A DNA stretch of 63,010 bases, the filler included, from Octopus bimaculoides (lineage: Eukaryota): the NCBI RefSeq assembly GCF_001194135.2. It is 7 parts of 6 records of this genome, joined end to end, with 100 filler letters (N's around TTAATTAATTAA, not from the genome) between each part and the next. Parts side by side here need not be neighbours in the genome. Positions count along the whole stretch, not along the records: positions 38,762 to 54,131 come from NC_068982.1; positions 54,232 to 56,589 come from NC_069005.1; positions 56,690 to 60,147 come from NC_069004.1; positions 60,248 to 63,010 come from NC_068981.1; 3 more parts are not named here. One strand, 5' to 3'. A program made the translations under genes and the position numbers. Under the pieces are notes generated by a model. It searched no databases. It was not told the DNA's origin and worked only from the letters and a program-made list of their open reading frames with translations. Each line of letters starts with the position of its first letter. Within the stretch, counting starts at the first letter, position 1. Below are positions 51,213 to 63,010 of the stretch, piece by piece.

Positions 51213-51744
51213 ATATATACATATATATATATATGATGTATGTATATATATGTATATGGGTTGGCACTGAGAAATTTCCAGGAACATCTACAATTTAGTA
51301 AGGTTTATAACTTTTGGGATAAAAAAGATTGGTTTCAAGTCGTGTTTAGTGATGAACATACATTAAGTGTTTCTCATTTAATGAGTTCTTTCGTCCCGTA
51401 CCTCGTCTATCAGACCCAATGTACAATATCAAATATACACTTGAAAGAGTCAAGCAATCGCCGTCCATTATGATATAAGGGATCGTTTATTCTAAGGGAG
51501 CAGCTAGTATTAGATTAACGCCTCAAGGTACAATTCATGAACTCTAAAACTTAGCTGTACTTTTTGATGAAACTGCCAATTCATATTGATCGTAGATAAT
51601 TGCACAATATTCTAACAAGATAGCACCCTGCCATTCTGAAACATACATGAAAGACTAGCTAGGAGCTAATGATATTATATTATTGGATAAATAGCTAGAA
51701 TTATCTCCCGATCCTAACACTATAGAAAAATCTTCACACACACA

Positions 51745-51820
<76 letters not shown>

Positions 51821-52334
51821 TATATACATACATATAATGAGAGAAAACTGCAATTCATAATACTTCATTAATTTCAGATTTAAGAGAGAAAATGCTATAG
51901 GTCTGGACAAACAGGATAACCCACGATACAATAAAATGTTTTGCTTAAAAGTATGTCCGACTGCATTGCTACTGTCTTGGAGCAAAAGGGGCATCACGCG
52001 AATTACTGAACAGTATACCGGTGATATTTACGCTTTAGTAAGATATTCTCAGGTTATTTGCTCATCTCATTATAAAATACATTCCTTGTTTTATATTCAC
52101 ATCATATTTTACAGTACAAAGCCCTTTTACCAGACTGCGTGTGTGATGTGGCTGTTTCTCTCCCTATCTGTCTGTTTGTATGTATGTATGTATGTATGTA
52201 TGTATGTATGTATGTATACACAAACACATGCATTTGCATATTAGTGTAGTGGATGTTTTCTGTTTGAGAGTCAGCCATAAAATCAATCAAACAATAATTG
52301 AAGGAGCGCTCAATATATTTATGTTTTGTTTTGA

Positions 52335-52545
52335 AGGCGGGCAAACTGGCAGAATCGTTAGCATGCCGAGCGAAATGCTTAGCGGTATTTCGTCTGTCTT
52401 TACGTTCTAAGTTCAAATTCCGCCGTGGTTGACTTTACTTTTTATCATTTCGGGGTTGATAAATTAAGTACCAGTTGCATACTGGGGGTCGATCTAATCC
52501 ACTGGCCCCCTCCCCCAAACATTTCAAGCTTTGTGCGTGCCTAGA
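52335..52545 (+). mobile_element. SINE family C
   Basis: Match to family C. Confidence 0.82.
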
Positions 52546-53882
52546 ATAGAAAAGAATATATTTTTGTTTAGCTCACAACGTGACTTCGTAGTCACTGTTA
52601 GCTCTTCTTCCAATGCGCGCGCGCGCGTGCGAGAGAGAGAGTGAGAGAGAGAGTGTGTGTGTGTGTATGTGTGTATGAGAGAGAGAGAGTGTGTGTGTGT
52701 ATGTGTGTGTGAGAGAGAGAGAATGTGTGTATGTGTGTGTGTGAGAGAGAGAGAGAGTGTGTGTGTGTGTGTGTGTGTTTATGTGTATGTGTGTAAAGGA
52801 CATCTGGAAGGTGGAATCGATGTTAAACAGCGGTATTCAGCATATTTGTTTCTGGCCGGAGTCTATTGACTGGAAGAAGTAAAAGATAAAAGATAAAAGA
52901 AAGACCGAATAATAATCAAAACGATAAGTTCGAAGTTTAATTTCGTAAATGTGGGCGCTGTGTTCTTTGACTTCTTTTACATCCTATTTTAGACGTAGAG
53001 AGAGAAAACCATTTTTCAGAAGTTTCTGGTAAAAAAAACAAATGAACTTCGATAACCGATCGGTAAATAGTGGCGTCTACAGATACTGTAGCAAATTTAC
53101 ATGACTTTGAATATACTGAAAATCGTACACCGTAAATGCATTAAACATTCCCTTAGAGAAAACAAAGATTGAGTAGCAATCTTTTGTAACCCCGAACGAA
53201 AAGGAGATATAATTTCCAGAAATTTACAATAATTTGGCAGTTGAATTGTGAAACTAAGGGGGGCGGGAAGGAAAAGGGCCAGTATAGTCTTTATGTTGGA
53301 GGCGAATTGGGACAGCAATGGATATGTTTTCAGCTTCGATTTGGTCTTATCGGTATAGCATTGTTTTTCTAGCTTCTGGACTAATACCGACGGTTTATCA
53401 TTCAGGAAAAGAATTCAATGCACTTTTGGCGAAGAATCAGTTAATATAATTAAAACGAAAAACTGAGAGAAAATGATAATTAAAAAATGGAAAGAAAAGA
53501 AAAAATAAGGCAGTGACATAAATTTGGTTAAAAGGGAGGAGTGTACTGAATGACCTCAATTCATAGGCCAAATGTGAAGTCGAAGTCTTAGACCAAATCG
53601 AAGTCGAAACACGTCTCTATAGCTGTCCCTCGCCATCGATGTAAGATCAAGAAGATCAATTTGTCGTATTTTCATAAATAAGTTGCTTCAACCGTGAAAT
53701 TATTCTTCATTTCAAGAAATCTTTAAGCTATTTTCTCTAAACTTCTGTTTGTGTGTGTGTGTGTGTGTGCGTGCGTGTGTGTGCGCGTACGCGTGTGTGC
53801 GTGCGTGTGTGTATGCGTGTATATATGTGTGTGTGCATGCGCGTGTTTGTGAATACATGTACATACATATGTATTTATATAC

Positions 53883-53919
<37 letters not shown>

Positions 53920-53924
53920 TATTT

Positions 53925-54470
53925 GTGTGTGTGTGTGGCTGTGTAGTAAGTAGCATGGTTCCGAGTAAGTAGCATGGTTCCGAGTTCATTCCCACTGCGT
54001 GGCACCTTGGGCAAGTGTCTTCTACTATAGCCTCGGGCCGACCAAAGCCTTGTGAGTGGATTTGGTAGACGGAAACTCAAAGAAGCCCGTCGTATATATG
54101 TATATATATGTGCATGTCTGTATATGTTTGTNNNNNNNNNNNNNNNNNNNNNNNNNNNNNNNNNNNNNNNNNNNNTTAATTAATTAANNNNNNNNNNNNN
54201 NNNNNNNNNNNNNNNNNNNNNNNNNNNNNNNTATATATGTATGTGTGTGCATATGTTTGTGTGTCTGTTTGTAAAAATACCACCGATGGTTGTGTGTTTA
54301 CGTCCCCGTAACTTAGCGGTTCGGCAAAAGAGAGACCGGTAGAATAAGTACTAGGCTTACAAAGAATAAGTCCTGTGGTCGATTTACTCGACTAAAGGCG
54401 GTGCTCCAGCATGGCCGCAGTCAAATGACTGAAACAAGTAAAAGAGTAAAAGAGTAAAAGAGTAAAAGAG
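53925..54470 (+). mobile_element. SINE family B, full, with 19-bp head duplication and internal microsatellite
   Basis: AGTAAGTAGCATGGTTCCG x2; CORE-like box; tail (GTAAAAGA)n. Confidence 0.85.
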
Positions 54471-54559
54471 TATATATACATATATACGTATATTTATATA
54501 GAGACTCATGCTTATATATATGTATACATATATGCATATATGGTTATGTCTAGTATATC

Positions 54560-54820
54560 ACTATACCGAGCAAAGTGACCGCCGTTATACACCGCTGAAC
54601 ACAATGCACTTCCTCTCATTGTTGTGGTTTTCGAACGTTGCCACCCTTCTGGTGAGGCTGGAAGGTCAACACTCCCTCTAAACGAAACGCCAGTCCGTCA
54701 TATGATTGCCTATTTACAGCTGAGTGGCCTGAAGCGATGTGAAATGAAGTATTTGCCCAAGAACACAATGCACCGACAGTCTGGCAATACAAACGGCGAT
54801 CTTGCAATCGGCATACAATA
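54560..54820 (-). mobile_element. degenerate CORE-like SINE (family D)
   Basis: Minus strand TTGTGTTCTTGGGCAAATACTTCATTTCAC; related to 58995-59340. Confidence 0.55.
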
Positions 54821-55161
54821 ATCCCTCGTTCCAGAATTTCCAACAGAAATAATTCATATCAAAACAAGTATGAATACCTACCGGCCGCATAAACCCGGAT
54901 ATACAGAGGAATCCGCGATATAAAGTTATATATATATAGTAGCCAGAAAAAAATCCGAAAGAATATTGAGTGCGCGATAGGAGGGCTGCGATGTATTATG
55001 CGCGCTATAGGTGAACCGCGATATAGCGAAGTATATACTTTTTATAGAAAATGAAACTGAAAATTTGTCTCGACACTCGGGTTCAACGCCACGGCGATCT
55101 TCAAGCGAAAACCAAATTTTTATCAAAATGTATTGAGAAATTCTCTTTCACGCACTTATGT

Positions 55162-55203
<42 letters not shown>

Positions 55204-55249
55204 ATATATATATATATACGTATATATATAAAAAAAAAGGTTGTTATGT

Positions 55250-56145
55250 AGGGCCGGAACAATGCGAGAAGGTACAATGTAAACGACAAAAGGAAAACTA
55301 GCGTTTTGCCAGCTTTACATAAACAAGCTTCATTAAAGTTATACCTCACAATGCTTCACCAAAATTGCCTCGTGTCTAGTTGCAATCTAAAACCAAAAGG
55401 CACAGATACAAATGTCACTGAAGAGACTAAGAGTGCAATTGAGCACCAGCATTGCTAGAAATAAGAGTCAAAACAACTTTTAGCCACAGGCAGAGCACCA
55501 TCTATTGACTGACAAGGGAGACAACCACCCTACAGCAAGCGAGAGTGCCAGATCACCGGTGATTTCGGATAGAATTAATGCTCATCGGTGACGCTATTCC
55601 ATTGCCTAGGGTTAGGCTAACTCGCCTTGTCAGTTTATAGAAAATGTCATAGGAATCAGTAGCTGATTCAGTAAAATGGTAAAGCAAAAGTTATAAATCG
55701 TTAAGGTGGTTAGCCGCAATTTAAACCGAAAGGCACAAATGCGTTCGTCAGTAAAGTGACAAAGAGTGCAATCAATTGATAGTGCCCTGCCCGTAGCTAA
55801 GAGCTGCTTTGATTCTTATTTCTAGCAAAGCTGGTACTGACTTTCACTCTTAGTCGCTTAGTACCTTAAGACTGACAAGGGAGGCAAGCTCCCTACATCC
55901 GGACCATTGCCAGATCACCAGCGATTGCGCAGGACTACTGCTCGTCAGTGGCTCTCACCCGGCCTAGGGCTAAGCTCGCTCGCATTGTCAGTTTATAAGA
56001 CTACCGTAGAAATCGCGCTGATTCCATAAATGGCAAAAGTGAAAATTATAATAAGAAAGGTGCTTATTCGCAATTTACAACCGAAAGGTAGAAACATAGA
56101 CGTCGCTAAAATTACTAAGGGTACTTGTCAGTACCAGTATTGCAT
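55250..56145. repeat. diverged tandem repeat (~334 and ~354 bp periods) with internally inverted cassette
   Basis: Anchor GCAAT.TA.AACC(G/A)AAAGG at 55382, 55716 and 56070; shared GACTGACAAGGGAG, TGCCAGATCACC, CCTAGGG, TTGTCAGTTTATA. Confidence 0.8.
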
Positions 56146-57074
56146 ATATATATATATATATGTATGTATATGTGTGTGTTTGTACCTGTTTATGTATGTA
56201 TGTATGTATGTATGTATGTATGTATGCTTGTCTGTATGTATACGAAAGTTTGCCAGAGAAAGAAAGATGGATATAGAAAGAGAAAAATGAAATAAAAATC
56301 TGGTCTCGTCTGGATTAGAAACTAAGTGCAGAGAAGGTGGATGGTGGTGGTGGGGGGGGGGGTGATAGCGTCTCAATTACCTTGATTACCACAGTCGAGA
56401 AGATATAGGTGATGATGATGATGACGACAATGACGACGATGATGATGATGATGCTGTTGGTGATGATGATGACGACGGAATGATGCGTATATAAATATTG
56501 CTAATACTTTAAGAACAACTATTATTACTACTACTATTACTGCTAACAACAACACCATCAACAACAATAATAATAATCCTTTCTACTATNNNNNNNNNNN
56601 NNNNNNNNNNNNNNNNNNNNNNNNNNNNNNNNNTTAATTAATTAANNNNNNNNNNNNNNNNNNNNNNNNNNNNNNNNNNNNNNNNNNNNAAAAAAAAAAA
56701 AAAAAAACTGGAATCGATTTGTTCAACTAAAACCCTTCAAAACGGTGCCCCAGCATGGCCGCAGTCCAATGACCGAAACAAGTAAACGATAAAGGATAAA
56801 ATTCTTTGATTCTTTAAATTCTTTAAATTGTTTCACCTTTAAAGCTGTGGTCATACTGGAGCACCACTGTTGATATGTATATACATCCAAAATACTTAAA
56901 TTTTTTTTTACTATAAACAGAAGTCCTGAACTATTTTTTGAAGAGGCGAATTGTCAATTACATCGACCTCATTGCTCAATTGATTCTTATTTTATCGACC
57001 CCTAAACGATAAGAGGCAAACCAGTCTCGGCAGAATTTGAGTGAAGAAAGTAAAGCTCGAAGACATGCCACTAA

Positions 57075-57542
57075 CCATTTTGTCCAGCATCTTTCATCTT
57101 TTCTCTTTTACTTCTATCAGTCATTTGACCGCCATGAGGAATTTTAGTCGAACGAATCGATCCCAGTACTTACTTTTCTTCTGGTAAAGCGTGGTACTTA
57201 TCCTATCAGTATCTTTGCCTAACTCTTCTGTACTTCACCCATAAATGGGGAAGAAAACAATTACAAAATCAGGCGAAAACAGCGGCAATAATTAAAAAGT
57301 CACATGGACGTAAACACACCAACACCGGTTTTTAAATTGTGACTGGAGGACAAACACAGACACAAAGACACACTCATAAATATATACACATATACGACGT
57401 GCTTTTTTCAGTTTTTCGTTTACCAAATTCACTCACAAGGCTTTGGTCGGTAGAAGGCACTTGCCAAAGGTGTCACGCAGTAAGACCGAACCTGGAACCA
57501 TGTGGTTGGGAAGCAAGCTTCTTACCTCACAGTCACGCCCGA
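57075..57542 (-). mobile_element. SINE family B, degenerate full copy
   Basis: Head and tail halves recognisable. Confidence 0.72.
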
Positions 57543-57849
57543 GCCTTACGATTCTGTCAGCTCTCCGCCTTATGTACATCCATAATATTAAATTCATCTC
57601 ATTGCAGCTTTCATGGGAGTTGTAACTTCCTTGATCGGTATATTGCTAGGCTGTACCATAATTACTCGATTGAAACTTGAAATACGTGGCATGATTTTGA
57701 TGAAGTTAATTGCATATTGTATCTGCCTCGGCTTGGAGATTATCATATCTTTCTTGCGCTGTGAAGCACCCCACTTGAACAATAATCCCATGAACAATTC
57801 GTAAGTGTTTGTTGTTATTATTATCATCATCATTATTATTATTATTATT

Positions 57850-58671
57850 AAGTCAAAATTAAAAGAAGAGTGCCATTTGTTATCTAGTGAACAATATTTC
57901 GACATCTCGTGTGCTTTGAACCAGTTGAAGACACACGAGATGTCGAAATATTGTTCACTAGATAACAAATGGCACTCTTCTTTTAATTTTGACTCTATAT
58001 CTTCGGGAGATGTTACCTCAATCTTTTCTATATTNNNNNNNNNNNNNNNNNNNNNNNNNNNNNNNNNNNNNNNNNNNNNNNNNNNNNNNNNNNNNNNNNN
58101 NNNNNNNNNNNNNNNNNNNNNNNNNNNNNNNNNNNNNNNNNNNNNNNNNNNNNNNNNNNNNNNNNNNNNNNNNNNNNNNNNNNNNNNNNNNNNNNNNNNN
58201 NNNNNNNNNNNNNNNNNNNNNNNNNNNNNNNNNNNNNNNNNNNNNNNNNNNNNNNNNNNNNNNNNNNNNNNNNNNNNNNNNNNNNNNNNNNNNNNNNNNN
58301 NNNNNNNNNNNNNNNNNNNNNNNNNNNNNNNNNNNAATTTCCAGGTCCTTATATTTACTTAATTTGTCAAATTTCTTTACAGATATATTTTTATCAATCG
58401 GAACACTCACGTCTATTAGCCTACGAGTATTTTCTTCCTCGTCTTTAATAATTATGTCTGGTCGATTAGCCTGGATCGTTCTGTCAATGTTGACTGAAAA
58501 ATCTCATTTTTTACCTTCAACGACTGGCTCAGGATGGTGTTCATACAAATAAGCACGAGGGCCGATTTTGTAGTGTTTACATATTTACCAATGTAAATAC
58601 TGTCCTACTCAATCGTGGCGATTTTTGTATTCGTTTGGTGTCAGCACAGGACATCCCGAGACGAGATGATC

Positions 58672-58675
<4 letters not shown>
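57850..58675 (-). mobile_element. second 5'-truncated R4/Dong-like REL element in (TAA)n, spanning a gap
   Basis: IIDHLVSGCPVLTPNEYKNRHD...TIQANRPDIIIKD...LIDVSVPIDKNISVKKFDKLSKYKDLEI; (TAA)n at both ends. Confidence 0.82.
57851..57994. repeat. perfect 63-bp inverted repeat with 18-nt spacer
   Basis: Arms 57851-57913 and 57932-57994 are exact reverse complements. Confidence 0.95.
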
Positions 58676-58706
<31 letters not shown>

Positions 58707-58994
58707 TCATCATCATCATCATATTAATGTTTAAAATAGCGTCTCACGACCATACGAACCCATTGTGTAACAAAGCTGAGCAATGTCGATCTTTGTTGGT
58801 ATTTATGTTAGTATTTATGTTATATATGCTAGTATTTATGTTCATGACTGCTCAGAAAATGTAATTATGATATCTGCAAGGCAAAACGCAATTTTTAGGT
58901 TGAAGCTTGATCTGCTAGAAATAAAACAATTTACTATCAAATTACACTCAAACGCCTTAAGAAAAGTACGAACACACTTGATAAAGTATTCCTA

Positions 58995-59340
58995 GATATA
59001 TAATAAAACGTCAAGATGGTTATATGGCTCAGAGGCTATAGCGTCGGACTTACGAACGTGAGGTTGTGACTTCGATTCTTTGATCGGGCTGTGTGTTGTG
59101 TTCTTGAGCAAGACACTTTATTTCATGTTACTCCTGTTGATTCTGCTGTAGAAACGAGTTGTGACGTCACTGGAGTCAAGCTGTATGGTATTTAGCCTTT
59201 CCCTTGGACAACAGCGGTGGTGTGGAGAAGAGAAGCCTCGGTGTGCATGGGCGGCTGCGGGTTTTCGACAAACAAACCTGCTCGGACTTGTGCCTTGGAG
59301 GGGGAACTATTTTACCCTTTACTTTTGATCCTAAGAGAAC
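58995..59340 (+). mobile_element. tRNA-derived CORE-like SINE (family D)
   Basis: TGGCTCAGAGG..GACTTCGATTC head; TTGTGTTCTTGAGCAAGACACTTTATTTCA. Confidence 0.7.
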
Positions 59341-59761
59341 TCATTCAGAGCCGAGCTGAGTTTAAAATAATAAAAAATATCTATCGTCTGTTTCCTTTTC
59401 AGTTCCCTATATGACAATATAACGTCATTAATTGATGACTGTAACTGCGATGTTCGCCAGTATTTCCCTATATGTGGTTCCGATCAACAGAATTATTTCT
59501 CACCATGCCATGCTGGATGTCTAGAAGGAAATTATTTTGTAAGTTCAAAGCATTTTTCACGAAGTCAAACAGTTTTTAATGTACCGTTTTCATTTCCCCT
59601 TTTCTTTCTTCATTCCTCAATATTTTTACTACACCCTGTATGTTTTTTTATGTATGCGTGTGAGTGTGTATGTGTGGGTGGGTGTGCGCGTGCGTGTATG
59701 TGTGTTTGAGTGTGTGTGTGTGTGTGTGTGTGCGTGTGTGTGTATGTATATGTTTGTATGT

Positions 59762-60146
59762 ATACTCTCTTTTTACTCTTTTACTTGTTTCAGTCATTTG
59801 ACTGCGGCCATGCTGGAGCACCGCCTTTAGTCGAGCAAATTGACCCCAGGACTTATTCTTTGGAAGCCTAGTACTTATTCTATCGGTCTCTTTTGCCGAA
59901 CCGCTAGGTTACGGGGACTTAAACACACCAGCATCGATTGTCAAGCGATGTTGGGGGGACAAACACAGATACACAAACACACACACACATATATATACAT
60001 ATACACGACAGGCTTCTTTCAGTTTCCGTCTACCAAATCCACTCACAAGGCTTTGGTAGGCCCGAGGCTATAGTAGAAGACACTTGCCCAGGAACCATGT
60101 GGTTGGTAAGCAAGCTACTTACCACACAGCCACTCCTGCGCCTATA
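59762..60146 (-). mobile_element. SINE family B, full, with internal (CA/TA)n
   Basis: Reverse complement of family B from GGCGCAGGAGTGG to (GTAAAAGA)n. Confidence 0.88.
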
Positions 60147-60269
60147 CNNNNNNNNNNNNNNNNNNNNNNNNNNNNNNNNNNNNNNNNNNNNTTAATTAAT
60201 TAANNNNNNNNNNNNNNNNNNNNNNNNNNNNNNNNNNNNNNNNNNNNATATATATATATATACATACAT

Positions 60270-60425
60270 ATATACGACGGGCTTCTTTCAGTTTTTGTCT
60301 ACCAAATCCACTCACAAGGCTTTGGTCAGCCCAAGGCTATAGTAGGAGACACTTGCCCAAGGTGCCATGCAGTGGAACTGAACCTGGAACCATGTGGTTG
60401 GGAAGCTAGTTTCTTAGCACACAAC
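60270..60425 (-). mobile_element. SINE family B, 5' half
   Basis: Match to family B head. Confidence 0.8.
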
Positions 60426-61219
60426 CGCTCTGGGCTGAAATATTTAAGTATATTTCCTTGTTGTTACAATAAAAGGCATATACTATAGAAGTTAGTTTTA
60501 TTATATAGTTATTAAGGATATGATACCTATCTGGTGAAACTGAGCAGGCAGAATTCTTATTATGCTGGTTATAAAGCTTAGTGGCCATTACTTCCAGCCC
60601 TTTGTGTTCTGAGTTCAAATGCAGTCAAGGTTGACTTTGCCTTTTCACTCATTTTTTGGTAGTCGGGGGTGGTGGGGTCAATAAAATAAGTCATCATCAT
60701 TATCAATATCACCACCACCACCACCACCATCCTTGTCATCATCATTATTGTTGCTTTAATCATCATCGTCGTTTAAATGTCTGTTTTCCATACTAGATTA
60801 AAACTTGGAGATTATTTAAATGGATTTCTTTTTGCACAAAACTGCTAAGACGTTGCTGTCATTAGCATTTTTTTTTTTAATACATAAACCCTTTTTAAAA
60901 ATGTTTATATTTCTTTTAAATATACGCACCTCTTTGAGAAACGTCAGAGACGTTTTTCTAGAAGAAATTTTCTGAACAAGGTTTAAAATGATTTATTCAT
61001 CATCATCATCATTATCAAAATCATTATCCCAACCACCACCACCACCACCACCATATATTTTGTGTTCTTTCATAGCATTTCACTGTCTTTTCCATTTCTT
61101 TCTCACCATCCTTTATGTAAATCCCCACACAAATTGTTTTTCTGTCCTTGTAATGTCCCCTCATCTATGCCTTTGTGGCTGACAAAAGAAATTATTATTA
61201 TTATCATCATCATCATCAA

Positions 61220-61354
<135 letters not shown>

Positions 61355-61367
61355 CATTATTATTAAA

Positions 61368-61560
61368 AAGGTGGCAAGTTGGCAGAACCATTAGCATGCC
61401 AGGTGAAATGCTTAGCGGTATTTCGTCTGTCGCCATGTTCTGAGTGCAAATTCCGCTGAGGTCAGCTTTGCCTTTCATCCTTTTGGGGTCGATTTAATAA
61501 GTACCAGTTATGCACTGGGGTTGATGTAATTTGACTTAATCCCTTACCCCAAATTTGATG
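61368..61560 (+). mobile_element. SINE family C
   Basis: Match to family C, following an (ATC)n/(ATT)n tract. Confidence 0.8.
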
Positions 61561-61959
61561 CCTTGTGCTTCCAGTAGAAAGAATTATTATTATTATTGAT
61601 GCAACTGACTTAGCCCCTTCCCCCAAAATGCCAGCGTTTTACCAAAATTTAAAGCCATTATTATTATCCTTATTATTATTGTTGTTGTTGTTATTGTCAT
61701 TATTATTTATATTCAGTTTTCCATATTTGCATTGGTAGAATTGTTTAATCATTCAAACAATTGTTTTTTACAGTCGAATGCACATCTGACTACAAACTAC
61801 AACAGCTGTAATGTATGGGTGTCACCTGTTTTCTATGTACTTGCATTGTTTACTCAAGTAAATTGGCATAATAAAAATCAATGTTCTTTACTACAAAGCA
61901 TTCAGCAATACATTACACTTGAGAATATTGGAGACATTACATATGGAAAATATAATTGG

Positions 61960-62240
61960 CACTCTGTTGGTTATGACGATGCATGCCCCAGTTGATTCGA
62001 TCACCAGAACAACCTACTTGTGAAATTAATGTGTAAGTGGCTATGCATTCTCTAATGTGTAAGTGGCTGTGTACTCTCTAATGTGTAAGTGGCTGTGCAT
62101 TCTCTAATGTGTAAGTGGCTGTACACTCTCAAACACATGCACTGTTAATGTAGTTTTCGGGGAGATTCAACATGACAGAATGTTATAAGGCTGACCCATT
62201 GAAATACATGCATGTACTATTAATTTTTGGCAACTGAGTG
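61960..62240 (-). mobile_element. degenerate SINE family A with internal 26-bp minisatellite
   Basis: CAGTTGATTCGATCA..GTGAAATTAATGTGTAAGTGGCT matches family A; 4 copies of TAATGTGTAAGTGGCT.TG.A.TCTC at 62027-62130. Confidence 0.7.
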
Positions 62241-62504
62241 GACAGGAGTAATGTGAAATAAAGTGTCATACTCAAACGCTTGAAAGTCAATTTGGTTGAC
62301 AGAGACCTCGAAGTGAAGGAGAAGAACTGGTATCAGTGTGGGATCAAAGAACTAGCAGAAAGTTAGCTTTAGTTGGTGCAACATGATGGCCTCTACTTTG
62401 AATGCTAGGCTGCTTTTGTTGTAACTTGACCAATAAAGCAAATAAGTTACCAAATTATTGCAAAACTTTTGATTCAACTTACCATATATCATCATCATCA
62501 TCAT

Positions 62505-62536
<32 letters not shown>

Positions 62537-62554
62537 TCATCGTCATCGTCATCG

Positions 62555-62589
<35 letters not shown>

Positions 62590-62592
<3 letters not shown>

Positions 62593-62900
62593 GTTTAACG
62601 TCCGCTTTCCATGCTAGCATGGGTTGGACGATTTGACTGAGGACTGGTGAACCAGATGGCTGCACCAGGCTCCAATCTGATCTGGCAGAGTTTCTACAGC
62701 TGGATGCCCTTCCTAACGCCAACCACTCTGAGAATGTAGTGGGTGCTTTTACATGCCACCAACACAAAGGCCAGTCACACGGTACTGGCAACGGCCATGC
62801 TCAAAATGGTGTATTTTACGTGTCACCTGCACAGGAGCCAGTCCAGTGGCACTGGCAATGACCTCGCTCGAAAGAGAGGTTGGCATGGGTGCCAGTCGTC
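62590..62900 (-). mobile_element. RTE 3' UTR copy with long (GAT)n tail
   Basis: Matches 10066-10324. Confidence 0.85.
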
Positions 62901-62918
62901 AAATCATATATATATGTA

Positions 62919-62950
<32 letters not shown>

Positions 62951-63010
62951 TGTGTGTGTGTGCATGTGTGAAATTTGGGACTCAAGCAAATTATGTCCTT
63001 AAGAAGTAAA

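Noticed and set aside
53570-53620. GAAACACGTC hammerhead-like 3' half
   Set aside because: No upstream CUGANGA.
55600-55620. Telomerase RNA template (minus strand CCTAACCCTAG)
   Set aside because: Not conserved in the sister unit, and no pseudoknot or H/ACA domain identified.
6867-60203. Recurrent TTAATTAATTAA as a biological motif
   Set aside because: It occurs only centred in N runs; it is an assembly spacer.

Overview
Eukaryotic draft scaffold with many N gaps, very rich in repeats and microsatellites. The SINE, RTE and CR1 content and a divergent 18S 5' end suggest a coleoid cephalopod, probably Octopus (inference). No complete protein-coding gene is recognisable; one candidate first coding exon lies at 31874-31956. 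Most long six-frame ORFs are gap or microsatellite artefacts. Supported content: fossil non-LTR retrotransposons (RTE, BovB-like RTE, CR1/L2-group, two R4/Dong-like REL elements in (TAA)n), at least four tRNA-derived SINE families, DNA-transposon derivatives (piggyBac MITE, two Tc1/mariner MITEs, a hAT transposase fossil), and an orphan minus-strand rDNA piece. That piece has a 113-nt 18S 5' end cut into an A-rich tail, a GC-rich ETS, and upstream subrepeats containing degenerate TTAGGG tracts. The most interesting signals are: (1) five Penelope-type minimal hammerhead ribozyme motifs from three families, two fused back-to-back with a tRNA-like Pol III head; (2) a diverged ~340-bp tandem repeat with conserved long-range stems and an internal cassette whose orientation flips (55250-56145); (3) the telomere-repeat-bearing orphan rDNA; (4) a perfect 63-bp inverted repeat at the 3' end of an R4/Dong element. 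All alignments and folds were done by eye; nothing was searched or computed.
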